Shown here in pieces: positions 1 to 9,334 of a stretch of DNA of 64,000 nt (the stretch's first letter is position 1; each line of letters begins with the position of its first letter). This DNA is from an archaeon (GTDB taxonomy: Archaea > Nanobdellota > Nanobdellia > Pacearchaeales > GW2011-AR1), in assembly GCA_018694115.1 (NCBI GenBank), contig JABHNB010000009.1:11116-75115 (forward strand). Reading direction: 5' to 3'. The notes below the pieces were generated by a model. It did no database searches. It worked only from the letters and a program-made list of their open reading frames with translations, and was not told the origin of the DNA. Both the position numbers and the translations under genes were made by a program.

Positions 1-489
1 AGCTTGTCTTGGCCTGCGTAATTTCCATTGACAAAAATCTTTAAGGTTTCGCCCTTGCTTGAAAGAGAGTATTTTGTTTCACAATCATATCTTTGTGCCC
101 CCCTCGGTAGCCGAACTTCGTAATTGTATTCTGATAATAGCTTTCCTCTCTCTGGAATGTAGAGTATGCCTTCTTCTAGGACTGATGGCATTGGTGCAAT
201 AATTTCTATCCATGCGTTTCTTATTGAACCCTTGTTTGTTTTAATTCCGTTTGATGGTTTAGTTATATCTAAATCTAAGTTCCATGAATAAATGAAATCG
301 TGACTTGGGAAATAGCTTACTGACTTGAAGACGTCTGCAATTAATAGATCTTTTTCTAATGCTGTCATGTCGCTTTGTTGGATCGAGTTGCAGATTTCGA
401 AATCTCCGGCTGTTAATTGATTACAATTAAATGCAGTTGCCAAGGGTAATACCAAGGCAACTGCTAAAAATAACAATATTTTTTTCATG
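1..489 (-). CDS. Secreted protein, partial (C-terminus runs off the window start)
   Basis: Minus-strand ATG at 487-489 encodes MKKILLFLAVALVLPLATAF..., a signal-peptide-like N-terminus. The open frame continues to the window edge. It is not in the ORF track because it is partial. Confidence 0.4.
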
Positions 490-493
490 GGAA

Positions 494-895
494 CTATCCG
501 AGGATCAAGTTGACGACAAAAGGTGCTGCCCATATTACTATGAGACCGACGATAACATACATTACCATATTTTTCGCCTTTTCTCGCTTTCCAGGATCTG
601 AACCACTTGCTATGTATGTGACACCTGCAAATAACATCACAAGTCCAGCGATTATTGTTGCTGCATATTTGACAAGATTATAAATCGTTGTCAATGGAGC
701 TAAGATTTCTTCGAAATCCGCTTCACTGGCTGCAACAACTAAGCTGACTTGGGTTGCTACCAAAAGCAAAAAGATTGCAATTGGTAAGAGGTTCAGTCTT
801 CTTTGTTTAGTTCCTTGGTTTGGTTTTTGTGCCATTGTAAGATTTGCTTCAACTTCTTTTTGTTCGGATATTTTTGTTGTAGAAATTCTAGGCAA
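494..895 (-). CDS. Small membrane protein with two hydrophobic helices (VirB2/TrbC-pilin-like topology)
   Basis: The 133 aa ORF has two long hydrophobic segments separated by a short loop and a charged N-terminus. No homology could be verified. Confidence 0.35.
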   Translation of the reverse strand: MPRISTTKISEQKEVEANLTMAQKPNQGTKQRRLNLLPIAIFLLLVATQVSLVVAASEADFEEILAPLTTIYNLVKYAATIIAGLVMLFAGVTYIASGSDPGKREKAKNMVMYVIVGLIVIWAAPFVVNLILG

Positions 896-1161
896 GTTTG
901 GCAGATATCTTCTTCTTCAAGAAATTCTCCGCAGACATAACATTTTGTTTCCATAATTTGTCTAAATAAATTAATTATAAATGGAATCGGGGAGAAGTTT
1001 CACTTGTTTTTTCACTTGTTTTTTCTACTCGATTTTTTATAAGGTTTATTTGGATAGTTCTTTCATGGAAAATAAAATCTCAGAAGATATTGGTGGGGAA
1101 ATTATCTCTAGGTTGAAGGATCTTGTAAGAATGTTAGAGATTAAATATCGTGAGGAGCGAG

Positions 1162-1326
1162 ATGGGAAAGAATTCTCAGATACATATATATCTAGAAACT
1201 AAGTTGAGGAGGAAATTGGAGAGGGAGGCTGAGGCGAGATGTATTTCTGTTTCGGAGTTGTGTAGGCAGAAGTTGAGGGATGGTGATAAGTTGGATAGGA
1301 TTTTGGAGATTTTGGAGAAGGGATAG
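1162..1326 (+). CDS. Small ribbon-helix-helix (CopG/Arc-like) putative regulator 35 nt upstream of hsdR
   Basis: 54 aa ORF MGKNSQIHIYLETKLRRKLEREAEARCISVSELCRQKLRDGDKLDRILEILEKG. It has an alternating beta-strand followed by two helices, including an ISVSELCRQKL motif typical of RHH proteins. At under 60 aa it is absent from the ORF track. Confidence 0.4.
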   Translation: MGKNSQIHIYLETKLRRKLEREAEARCISVSELCRQKLRDGDKLDRILEILEKG

Positions 1327-1360
1327 ATACTTTTTTTAACCTATTTCTGTATGAAATTTA

Positions 1361-4105
1361 ATGAAAGGCTCGGAAAATATTACAGAAGCGAAAACTAGGA
1401 AAGATCTCATTGATCCAATTCTTTTTGATCGTGTTGGATGGAAAAAGGAATATGTGATTGAAGAACCAAATGCTGTTAAGTCTAACTTTAAGACGAAGGA
1501 ATTTAAGTATATTGGAGATGATACAGAAGAAGGAGAGAATCGATATATTGATTATTTGTTATTAGACGAGCAAAGAAATCCGGTTGCGATTATTGAAGCG
1601 AAGAAAACTTCTGTTGATATTGAGAAGGGAGAGATTCAGGGAAGAACCTATAGGGAAGACCTTGAGAAACAGATTGGTTTCAAAATTCCAATTTTTTTAA
1701 CGAATGGTAAATCTTGGTATTATGTGGATATTGATGATATAAGAAGAAAAGTATTGTTACCTTTTTCTCAAAAAGATTTACAGCGGATTGTAAGTTTGCA
1801 GAAAAAAAGAAAGGACCCGACAAGAGCTAAGCTTAATCCCAAAATTGTAAACCGAAAAAGAAGTATCGAAGCCGTGAAGCAGGTCTTAGAACATTTTGGT
1901 GAAGGAAAGAGGTCGGCTTTGATTAACATGGCTACAGGTACGGGTAAGACTCGTGTTGCAATGGCAGTTATTGACGGGTTAATCAAATCAAATCGCGTTC
2001 AAAATATATTATTCGTAGTTGATCGGACTGCATTATCGAATCAGGCAAAAGAGAAAGGTTTTAAGAAATATTTTCCCAATGATCCTGTTGTGGAGTTGAA
2101 TCAAGAAGGATTTTCTGATACTGCTAGAATTTATGTTTCGACAATTCAAACTTTAATGGCTGACAAGAAACCACGAGGTAAACTTTATGAAAGATTCGGA
2201 GCCGGTGCTTTTGATTTGATTATTTTTGATGAGGCGCATCGTTCGATTTATGATAAGAATAATTCGGTTATGAAATATTTTGATGCGCTTAAGATTGGGC
2301 TGACAGCTACACCATTAACTGAGGATATGAGAGATACGACTACATTTAGATTATTTGATTGTGATGAGGGAAAGCCTACTGTTAGGTATGATTATGACCA
2401 GGCGGTTAGGGATGGGGTTTTGGCTCCCTATGTTGCGGAGGTTATTGCGACTAAGGTTTTAACTGAAGGCATTGAAGGAAAAAAATTAAGTAAAGAATTA
2501 AAGTTTGCGTTAGAGAAACAAGAGGAGAGGCCAGAAGATTTTGAAACTCCGGGTTCTAAGTTTGAAAAGTTTTTTACTGATGAGAAGACGAACGAGTTGA
2601 TTGTTAGTGAATTTGTGGATAGGTGTTACAAGTCTGGAGGGAGGCCGTGTAAGACTATTTTCTTTTGTGCGAGCGTTAAGCATGCGGAATCTTTGGAGTT
2701 GATTTTTCAGAGATTATATCCTAAGTTTGCAAAGGATGTGAAAGTTATTGTTTCCAATCGTACTCGTTATATGGATGAGGTTAAAAATTTTGAGAAGAAG
2801 GATTTTCCCAGGGTTGCTTTATCTGTTGGAGTTTTAGATACGGGGATTGATATTCCTGAGATTATGAATTTGGTCTTTGTTAAGCCTGTAATGTCTAAAG
2901 TTAGATTCTGGCAAATGCTTGGTCGTGGAACTAGAAATCTGGAGGCATGTGAACATAGGGATTGGTTGCCTGATGGGAAAAAGAATGACTTTTATATTAT
3001 GGATTTTAAGTTTGGGGATTTTTCGAATATTCATTATCATGGTTTAGATCCGAAGATGAAGAAGTCTAGTGGGCAGGATGTTAAGGTGAAGATTTTCGAG
3101 GATAGATTAGACTTGCTGGAGAAAGATCTTGATGATAAAGAAAGGGGGATTGTTGAGAAGCAGATTAGGGAGACGATTAAAGACATCGATGTTGATTCTC
3201 CTTTGGTTCTTGATAAGAAGGAGATGATCAAAAAGGTTGTTTCTGTTAAGTTTGATTTGGCGAAACATATTGAGAAGTTGAAGGCTGAGATTTCACCATT
3301 GCTTATTTATTCGAAGAGTGAGAATCAGAGAGTTTATGCGTTTATCGGCCAGTGTGTTAAATTACTTGGCTACCTTAAGGAAGGAGATCTTGAGAAAGTT
3401 GAAAATATAAAGAAGAAGATTGTTGATAAGGTGAGGGTGATTTGGGATAAGAACCTTGAGGTAATTTTGGCGAAGAGGGATGACTTGATAAAAATACAGG
3501 CGGATGAGTATTGGGAAGATTTGACTTTTGATGACGTTGGATTTCTAATGAGAGAGATTGCGCCTTTGATGATTTATTACAAAGTGCCAAGAAAAGGGAT
3601 GCTGAAAGTCAATGCGCCCGATGTGGTTATTGATGTTGATAAAGTTAGAAAGGAAATTGGAAAGGATCCTGAATTTGAGGAATTTATTGAAAGTAGTCCC
3701 CTGATGTTGAAAATTAAGAACGGTGAGGGTGTTACTTCGAATGAACTTTTGGAGATTGAGATCGCGCTTCGGAAGAAGAATTCTAGGTTGACTATTGAGA
3801 ATATTCAGGAGAGGGAAGATTTTGTTTTGTTTTTGCGGGCGCTTATTGATGTGAAGGGTTTGCCTGATCCTAAGGAGATGATTAAGTGGGAGTTTGATAA
3901 GCATGTGATTGATCGGAATGAGCATTATAATGCTGAGCAGTTGAAGTTTTTGAGGAACCTTGAGGAGGTTTTTGTCCGGGCGAAGCATATTGAACTTAAG
4001 AGTTTTGCAGAGCATCCTTTGGCTGATGGGAGGCCTTTAGATATCTTTAGTAAGGAGCAGTTGGTTAGGGTTGTTGAAAAGTGTAATGGGTTGAAGTGGA
4101 AATAA
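1361..4105 (+). CDS. hsdR: Type I restriction enzyme R subunit (HsdR)
   Basis: N-terminal PD-(D/E)xK-like nuclease region (D...IEAKK). SF2 helicase Walker A MATGTGKTRVAM and DEAH box IIFDEAHRS. 914 aa, linked to hsdS and hsdM. Confidence 0.85.
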   Translation: MKGSENITEAKTRKDLIDPILFDRVGWKKEYVIEEPNAVKSNFKTKEFKYIGDDTEEGENRYIDYLLLDEQRNPVAIIEAKKTSVDIEKGEIQGRTYREDLEKQIGFKIPIFLTNGKSWYYVDIDDIRRKVLLPFSQKDLQRIVSLQKKRKDPTRAKLNPKIVNRKRSIEAVKQVLEHFGEGKRSALINMATGTGKTRVAMAVIDGLIKSNRVQNILFVVDRTALSNQAKEKGFKKYFPNDPVVELNQEGFSDTARIYVSTIQTLMADKKPRGKLYERFGAGAFDLIIFDEAHRSIYDKNNSVMKYFDALKIGLTATPLTEDMRDTTTFRLFDCDEGKPTVRYDYDQAVRDGVLAPYVAEVIATKVLTEGIEGKKLSKELKFALEKQEERPEDFETPGSKFEKFFTDEKTNELIVSEFVDRCYKSGGRPCKTIFFCASVKHAESLELIFQRLYPKFAKDVKVIVSNRTRYMDEVKNFEKKDFPRVALSVGVLDTGIDIPEIMNLVFVKPVMSKVRFWQMLGRGTRNLEACEHRDWLPDGKKNDFYIMDFKFGDFSNIHYHGLDPKMKKSSGQDVKVKIFEDRLDLLEKDLDDKERGIVEKQIRETIKDIDVDSPLVLDKKEMIKKVVSVKFDLAKHIEKLKAEISPLLIYSKSENQRVYAFIGQCVKLLGYLKEGDLEKVENIKKKIVDKVRVIWDKNLEVILAKRDDLIKIQADEYWEDLTFDDVGFLMREIAPLMIYYKVPRKGMLKVNAPDVVIDVDKVRKEIGKDPEFEEFIESSPLMLKIKNGEGVTSNELLEIEIALRKKNSRLTIENIQEREDFVLFLRALIDVKGLPDPKEMIKWEFDKHVIDRNEHYNAEQLKFLRNLEEVFVRAKHIELKSFAEHPLADGRPLDIFSKEQLVRVVEKCNGLKWK

Positions 4106-4197
4106 TCCCCGTATACACCTTTGTATGCAAAAAAAGGTTTACCTTTGGTAAGAGGAAATATGGAAAGCTTTAAAAAGAAAGTTTCTTACAATATTTT

Positions 4198-4461
4198 ATG
4201 GTAACTGATAAGCCCTCGAGAGAAGAAGATAATAAAGTTGTAATGTCTAAGATTTCTAGGGACGAATTTGCGAATTTGCAGAAGCTCTGCGAGATGGAAA
4301 AAAAAAGTGTTAATAAAAAGTTGAGAGAAATAATCCAGAAAGAAATAGCTGAAATTTTTTTTAGAGAGAAACCTCTAAGACTCAAGGGGGAAAGAAAGAA
4401 ATTTTTTATCCCATCTGAAAATAGGTTTATTGAAATGTTGGAGGTTGAGGATGATAACTAA
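4198..4461 (+). CDS. Small RHH-like protein, likely starting at the ATG at 4243, overlapping the start of the ATPase gene
   Basis: MSKISRDEFANLQKLCEMEKKSVNKKLREIIQKEI has a beta-strand plus two-helix pattern. Its stop overlaps the downstream gene start by about 30 nt. Confidence 0.3.
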   Translation: MVTDKPSREEDNKVVMSKISRDEFANLQKLCEMEKKSVNKKLREIIQKEIAEIFFREKPLRLKGERKKFFIPSENRFIEMLEVEDDN

Positions 4462-6598
4462 GATAAATCTTATTAGAAATTTGGGTAAGTTCGAAAATTG
4501 TACCCCTAATAATATTACGATCAACAACAATCTCTTAATTTATGGGAACAACACTCAGGGTAAAAGCACATTCACGTCTATATTAAAATCAATGAAGGAA
4601 AATAACCCTAATATTCTTTTAGGAAGGAGGTGTTTTTCTTCGGGAAGAAATCCTGAGATAAGAATTGAGGTAGATGGTAGCCCGATATCTTTTGAAAATA
4701 GACAGTGGACAAGTCATTTATCTAATATAGAAATATTTGATACAGATTTTATTGCGAAAAATATTTCAGATTTAGATAAAATAACGCAGCAGCAGCAAGT
4801 TAATATGAATTCTATAATTCTTGGAGAAGAGGGCAGAAGAATAGATAATGAAATAATCTCTTTAAGTTCACAAATAACCAATAACGGTACGCGTAAAAGC
4901 GGATTAACACATCAACTAATGGGACTTTGCAGTAAAAATTACAATGAACTGGTGGTGATAAATGAGATTCCAGAAGTGGATCATGAGATAGATAGGTTGA
5001 CGGGGAGCATAACCTTATTAGAAAAAGATGATAAAATCAAAACAATTATTGGAGGATTTAACAAATTTTCAGTTGATAACGCAGAGAAGGGTTTGTTAAC
5101 AAAAACAATCCAAGTAGATCTAGGAATTATAAGTTCACATAAGGAAAAATGCTGTACAGGCGGAATCTCTTGTGATAATTTTTTTAACCTGGGAACACAG
5201 TTGAGCACAAAGGGGTTCTGTGCTTTTTGCGGAAGTGAATTATCCGAAGAAGAAGAGCTTGTTGAAAATTATAAAAAATATTACTCTATGGAATATGAAA
5301 ACCTCATTAGCGAATTATCTGTATTGAAAAATAAAGTTAATATTTTTAATTTTGAGAAATGGCATGAGATTTGGAAATTTTTATCTGAAAATGGGATTGT
5401 AATATCTGAACCAGATATTAGAAAACTTGAAGAATTAAAAAGTAATATTATTCAAGAAATTAATGAAAAGTTAAGTAGCGTAAATGGCTCTAGGAATATT
5501 GATGCCTTTATTGGCGAAATTGCTCAAATTCAAGAAAAATTTGAAGAAGAGCTTGGGGCTATATCATCAGATACAACGCAACTGATGCGACTAAAGAGAG
5601 AGAGGTCTTTAAACCTAGAAAACAAAAAGATTTTTTCAGCCCAAGTGCAAGGAATTATTCAAAGTTATAAATCTATTGAGGAGGAAACAAGAGAATTCGA
5701 AAGAAGAAGGTCACAGCATCAACAAGAATTAACACAATATTCACAAGATATATTCGCGAAATATCAGGATGAAATAAATATAATTCTAGGTGAAATAAAT
5801 TCCGATTTCACATTGTCGATAGATTCGTCATATGCAACTGCTATTAGACGTGGCAACCAGGAGGTATTTAGTTTAGATTTTTCTGGAAACCAAGTATCAA
5901 TTAATTCAGAAGATCTTTCAAATCCATGTTTTGGAAATACTTTAAGCGAAAGTGACAAGAAATCCTTAGCATTTGCTTTTTTTGTTGCACAGCTACGCCA
6001 AGATACAGAATTACAGGAAAAGATAATAGTTCTAGATGATCCTATTTCTAGTTTTGACAAGGAAAGAAAAAATAAAACTGCAGAAATCCTTTTGACACTA
6101 AAGAATCAAGAAGAGGCATCTCCGAATCAGATAATAATATTGACACATGAACAATATTTTTTAATGGATATAAGGAGTAAGGCAAAAACGCTAGGGATAC
6201 AATTTCATGAATTAACCATAAAAAGAAATAGCATAAGTATATCTGATTTTTCTAAGGAATTTGAATCCCAGGTGTTAAAGGATTTAGAATGGCTGTCTGC
6301 TTTAAAAGACAATTATAATGGTGAGGATTTTTTTGTGCAAGCAAGAAAAATATTAGAGAATATTTTCAAAAGGAAATATTTTTCAAAAGTTAAAGCAATT
6401 TTAAGTGTAAATAACGTTGCGGGTGTCAGAACTTTTGTTCAAGAAATTTATGGAACTGGAACCGACGAATACATTAAAGGAATTAGTCTATGTAACGATC
6501 TAAATATAGAATCTCATGATAATCCCTCAAGGCAATTAACAAATGGGGACAAACAAACTATTTTAAATGACTTTTTTAATTTTTTGGAGATATTATAA
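4430..6598 (+). CDS. AAA_13-family ABC-type ATPase (PrrC/RloC anticodon-nuclease-like) embedded in the type I RM operon
   Basis: Walker A LLIYGNNTQGKSTF. Walker B/D-loop IIVLDDPISSFD followed by an H-loop-like ILTHEQ. Central coiled-coil region with a Cys cluster KCCTGGISCDNFF...FCAFCGSE. 722 aa. Position between hsdR and hsdS matches known prrC/rloC loci. Confidence 0.6.
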   Translation: MKCWRLRMITKINLIRNLGKFENCTPNNITINNNLLIYGNNTQGKSTFTSILKSMKENNPNILLGRRCFSSGRNPEIRIEVDGSPISFENRQWTSHLSNIEIFDTDFIAKNISDLDKITQQQQVNMNSIILGEEGRRIDNEIISLSSQITNNGTRKSGLTHQLMGLCSKNYNELVVINEIPEVDHEIDRLTGSITLLEKDDKIKTIIGGFNKFSVDNAEKGLLTKTIQVDLGIISSHKEKCCTGGISCDNFFNLGTQLSTKGFCAFCGSELSEEEELVENYKKYYSMEYENLISELSVLKNKVNIFNFEKWHEIWKFLSENGIVISEPDIRKLEELKSNIIQEINEKLSSVNGSRNIDAFIGEIAQIQEKFEEELGAISSDTTQLMRLKRERSLNLENKKIFSAQVQGIIQSYKSIEEETREFERRRSQHQQELTQYSQDIFAKYQDEINIILGEINSDFTLSIDSSYATAIRRGNQEVFSLDFSGNQVSINSEDLSNPCFGNTLSESDKKSLAFAFFVAQLRQDTELQEKIIVLDDPISSFDKERKNKTAEILLTLKNQEEASPNQIIILTHEQYFLMDIRSKAKTLGIQFHELTIKRNSISISDFSKEFESQVLKDLEWLSALKDNYNGEDFFVQARKILENIFKRKYFSKVKAILSVNNVAGVRTFVQEIYGTGTDEYIKGISLCNDLNIESHDNPSRQLTNGDKQTILNDFFNFLEIL

Positions 6599-7175
6599 CA
6601 TGAAACAAAAAAAAATTAAAACATTTGATGAGTTAAATTTTTTTCCCACTGGGAGCAATTGGAAGCACGTGCTTTTAGAAGTCTATAGACATTCGCCACA
6701 TAATTATGGGGAATCTCATAAGGTTGGATTTTATGATGATAAGCACCTTCTTGCAAAGAAGTTAAAGATCTCAGGATTTGAATTAGGGCTTGCAATTTCT
6801 TTTCTGAGAGATCATAAATTGATTAAAGATAATAATCCTGGGAAAGCTGGATTGAACTCGCCTCCGATTTGTCCAGAATGGAGTAATAGAATTCTTTTGA
6901 CAGATAGGGGTTTTGAGATTGCGACAAAGCTAGAAAATGAATTAAGTAATGAGAGAACGCAGAAAGTAGTAATGATATTTACTGCAATTATTGCATGGAC
7001 TGGATTTACGGCATTGCTGAATGAAATTATGCCAGATAAAATTTCTATTGTCTTTTGGATTTATGTTCCAGTGATAATACTTTTGTTATCTTCATTCTAT
7101 TTCAATACTTTAATTGACAAATTTAAAAGATTTATTTTCAAGAGACAGATTAATAGTGGTGGGTGCGCGATATGA
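6567..7175 (+). CDS. Hypothetical protein with C-terminal membrane anchor (two TM helices)
   Basis: Likely start at MKQKKIKTF (around 6600). Hydrophobic C-terminal helices IFTAIIAWTGFTALL and IVFWIYVPVIILLLSSFYF. Overlaps hsdS start. Confidence 0.4.
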   Translation: MTFLIFWRYYNMKQKKIKTFDELNFFPTGSNWKHVLLEVYRHSPHNYGESHKVGFYDDKHLLAKKLKISGFELGLAISFLRDHKLIKDNNPGKAGLNSPPICPEWSNRILLTDRGFEIATKLENELSNERTQKVVMIFTAIIAWTGFTALLNEIMPDKISIVFWIYVPVIILLLSSFYFNTLIDKFKRFIFKRQINSGGCAI

Positions 7176-8320
7176 AACAAAAACAGATTAACCAAAATTG
7201 GAAAGAGTTTGAATTGGGAGAAATAATTGAGTGTTTGGATAATCAAAGAATCCCCATCACGGGATCAGATAGAAAAAAGGGAGAAATTCCTTATTATGGT
7301 GCAAATGGGCAGCAAGATTCTGTTGCAGATTCTATTTTTAATGAGGAACTTTTGTTATTGGCTGAAGATGGTGGAAGTTGGGGATATAAGCAAAAATGCT
7401 CTTATATTATTAATGGAAAATCTTGGGTGAACAATCATGCCCATGTTTTACGAATGAAAAAAGACATGATAAATATTAATCTTCTTAGGTATTGGTTTAA
7501 TTTAACTGATTTGAATAAATATATTTCTGGAACAACAAGGGGAAAATTAAATCAAGGGGTAATGAAAAAAATAAAAATTCCTCTTCCAGTTCTCTCGGAT
7601 GGAACTTCTGATTTAGAGAAGCAAAAGCAGATTGTTGCGATGTTGGAAAAGGCGGAGGGGTTGAAGGATAAGCGGAAGGGGTTGGATGAGTTGTTTGATG
7701 AATATTTGAAGAGTGTTTTTTATGAGATGTTTGGGGATCCATTCAATAATCCTAAGGGATTTAATACTAAAAGACTAGTTAAGGATGTTGTCCTAATAAA
7801 CGGCAGGGCATTCAAAACGTCTGAGTGGAGCAATGAAGGTATTAAGATTATACGGATCCAAAATCTGAATAAGCCTTCAGCAGGGTATAATCGGTACAAT
7901 GGAGAGGTTGATGAGAAGAATATAGTTGAAAAAGGAGATATGCTTTTGTCTTGGTCCGGAACACCAGGAACTTCTTTTGGAGTGTTTATTTGGGAGAAAG
8001 AGAAGGCTGCACTCAACCAGCATATTTTCAAGGTTGAATTGCCTTCAGATCTTGAGAAGACATTCTTTCAATATTTTATTAATTCAAAATTACTTGAGCT
8101 TATTTCTAAGTCTCATGGTGGAGTTGGCCTACAACATATAACAAAGTCTGAGTTAAATAATGTGGATGTTTATTATCCTCCAATTACTCTTCAGGAAAAA
8201 TTTGCTTCTATTGTTGAGCAGGTTGAGAAAATTAAAGATAAATTAAAAGATGAGAAGAAGGATGCTGATGAGTTGTTTAATGCTTTGATGCAGAAGGCTT
8301 TTTCGGGGGAGTTGGCATGA
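7163..8320 (+). CDS. hsdS: Type I restriction-modification specificity subunit (HsdS)
   Basis: Two target-recognition-domain halves, each followed by a conserved helical spacer (LEKQKQIVAMLEKAEGLKDKRKGLDELFDEYL and LQEKFASIVEQVEKIKDKLKDEKKDADELFNALMQKAFSGEL). Confidence 0.8.
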   Translation: MRDMKQKQINQNWKEFELGEIIECLDNQRIPITGSDRKKGEIPYYGANGQQDSVADSIFNEELLLLAEDGGSWGYKQKCSYIINGKSWVNNHAHVLRMKKDMININLLRYWFNLTDLNKYISGTTRGKLNQGVMKKIKIPLPVLSDGTSDLEKQKQIVAMLEKAEGLKDKRKGLDELFDEYLKSVFYEMFGDPFNNPKGFNTKRLVKDVVLINGRAFKTSEWSNEGIKIIRIQNLNKPSAGYNRYNGEVDEKNIVEKGDMLLSWSGTPGTSFGVFIWEKEKAALNQHIFKVELPSDLEKTFFQYFINSKLLELISKSHGGVGLQHITKSELNNVDVYYPPITLQEKFASIVEQVEKIKDKLKDEKKDADELFNALMQKAFSGELA

Positions 8321-8721
8321 ACAAGAAAGGGTATACACAATTTATTGTTATTGGATTTATAGTTCTTGCAATCTGGGGGATTGTCTCCTCATTGGGATGG
8401 GTAGGTTCAAATAATAAACTTGATACAGAGCAGGAAAAAACTGATTATTGGAAAGGATTGAATTCCCAGTGCCAGCAAGAATTGGGCATAGCCTGTGAAC
8501 AAATTGAGGATCAGACAAAAACTATATCAGATCTTCAAGGAAAAATTGGAATTCTTGAAAATCAGAACAATTCAGATAAGTATGCTGTTTTATGGATAGG
8601 TCCTGAAATAATAATCAACGAAACATGGGCTATTATAATTAATATTGGATTAAGCATTTCTCTAATATCAGTATCCTTTACTTTAAAATTTGTTTTTGGA
8701 GGAGACAAAAAAAGAAAATGA
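8317..8721 (+). CDS. Membrane protein with N- and C-terminal TM helices and a central coiled coil
   Basis: MNKKG start. TM segments at both ends. Overlaps the hsdS stop and the next gene start (ATGA overlaps). Confidence 0.45.
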   Translation: MNKKGYTQFIVIGFIVLAIWGIVSSLGWVGSNNKLDTEQEKTDYWKGLNSQCQQELGIACEQIEDQTKTISDLQGKIGILENQNNSDKYAVLWIGPEIIINETWAIIINIGLSISLISVSFTLKFVFGGDKKRK

Positions 8722-9332
8722 ATAAAAAAGGTGAAGCTAGTCCTGAGGAAATAATTAAAGCAATTTTTGCAATTATAATAATACTTCCTTTATTCGGAGC
8801 ATTATTCGGAGCGCTAAATGATATCTCTCATCAAAGTGAAAATACCGAGATACAAAAAATAACTAATGAGAAAAACTTAGAGATTGAGAATATTACGAAT
8901 GAGAAAGAGGCGATCACGTCAGAGAGAGATGATTATAAAAGTAGATATGAACAAATTCAAGGAGACTACGATTACCTAATTAATACTAGTGTTACGAAAA
9001 ATGACGTCAATGAAATACACGGAGAAATGAATTCTATTAAAAATTCCTTGGATAGTCTGCATAATAAAACATCAGTGGTTAATCAAAATATAAATCATTT
9101 TTATGACATAAGGCAGACATACATATATTACACAATAAGCGTTGTAATCAACTTTGCAATTCCCATAGTTTTTGTTTTGGATTGGACTTTATTCAACTTT
9201 TCGATTACAGTAAAAATTACTAAAAAAATGAATGGATTTCTTGGAAAATTAAAAACTAAACTAAAGAAAATATTTTTCAAGGAAAAAACTCCTGAAGAGC
9301 AAACAAATAAAAGAGAGGGTGAACAGGAGTAA
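8718..9332 (+). CDS. Membrane protein, paralogue of the preceding gene (N- and C-terminal TM helices, coiled coil)
   Basis: Same MNKKG start and same architecture as 8317..8721. Ends 2 nt before the hsdM start. Confidence 0.45.
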   Translation: MNKKGEASPEEIIKAIFAIIIILPLFGALFGALNDISHQSENTEIQKITNEKNLEIENITNEKEAITSERDDYKSRYEQIQGDYDYLINTSVTKNDVNEIHGEMNSIKNSLDSLHNKTSVVNQNINHFYDIRQTYIYYTISVVINFAIPIVFVLDWTLFNFSITVKITKKMNGFLGKLKTKLKKIFFKEKTPEEQTNKREGEQE

Positions 9333-9334
9333 CT

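Noticed and set aside
981-1202. Track ORF 981..1202 (+) with Phe/Cys-rich N-terminus
   Set aside because: Low-complexity start in an AT-rich intergenic region. Its 3' end overlaps the better-supported RHH-like ORF in another frame, so it is probably non-coding.
1768-4015. Multiple antisense ORFs (72-156 aa) inside hsdR
   Set aside because: They lie antisense to a well-supported, motif-bearing gene and are low-complexity.
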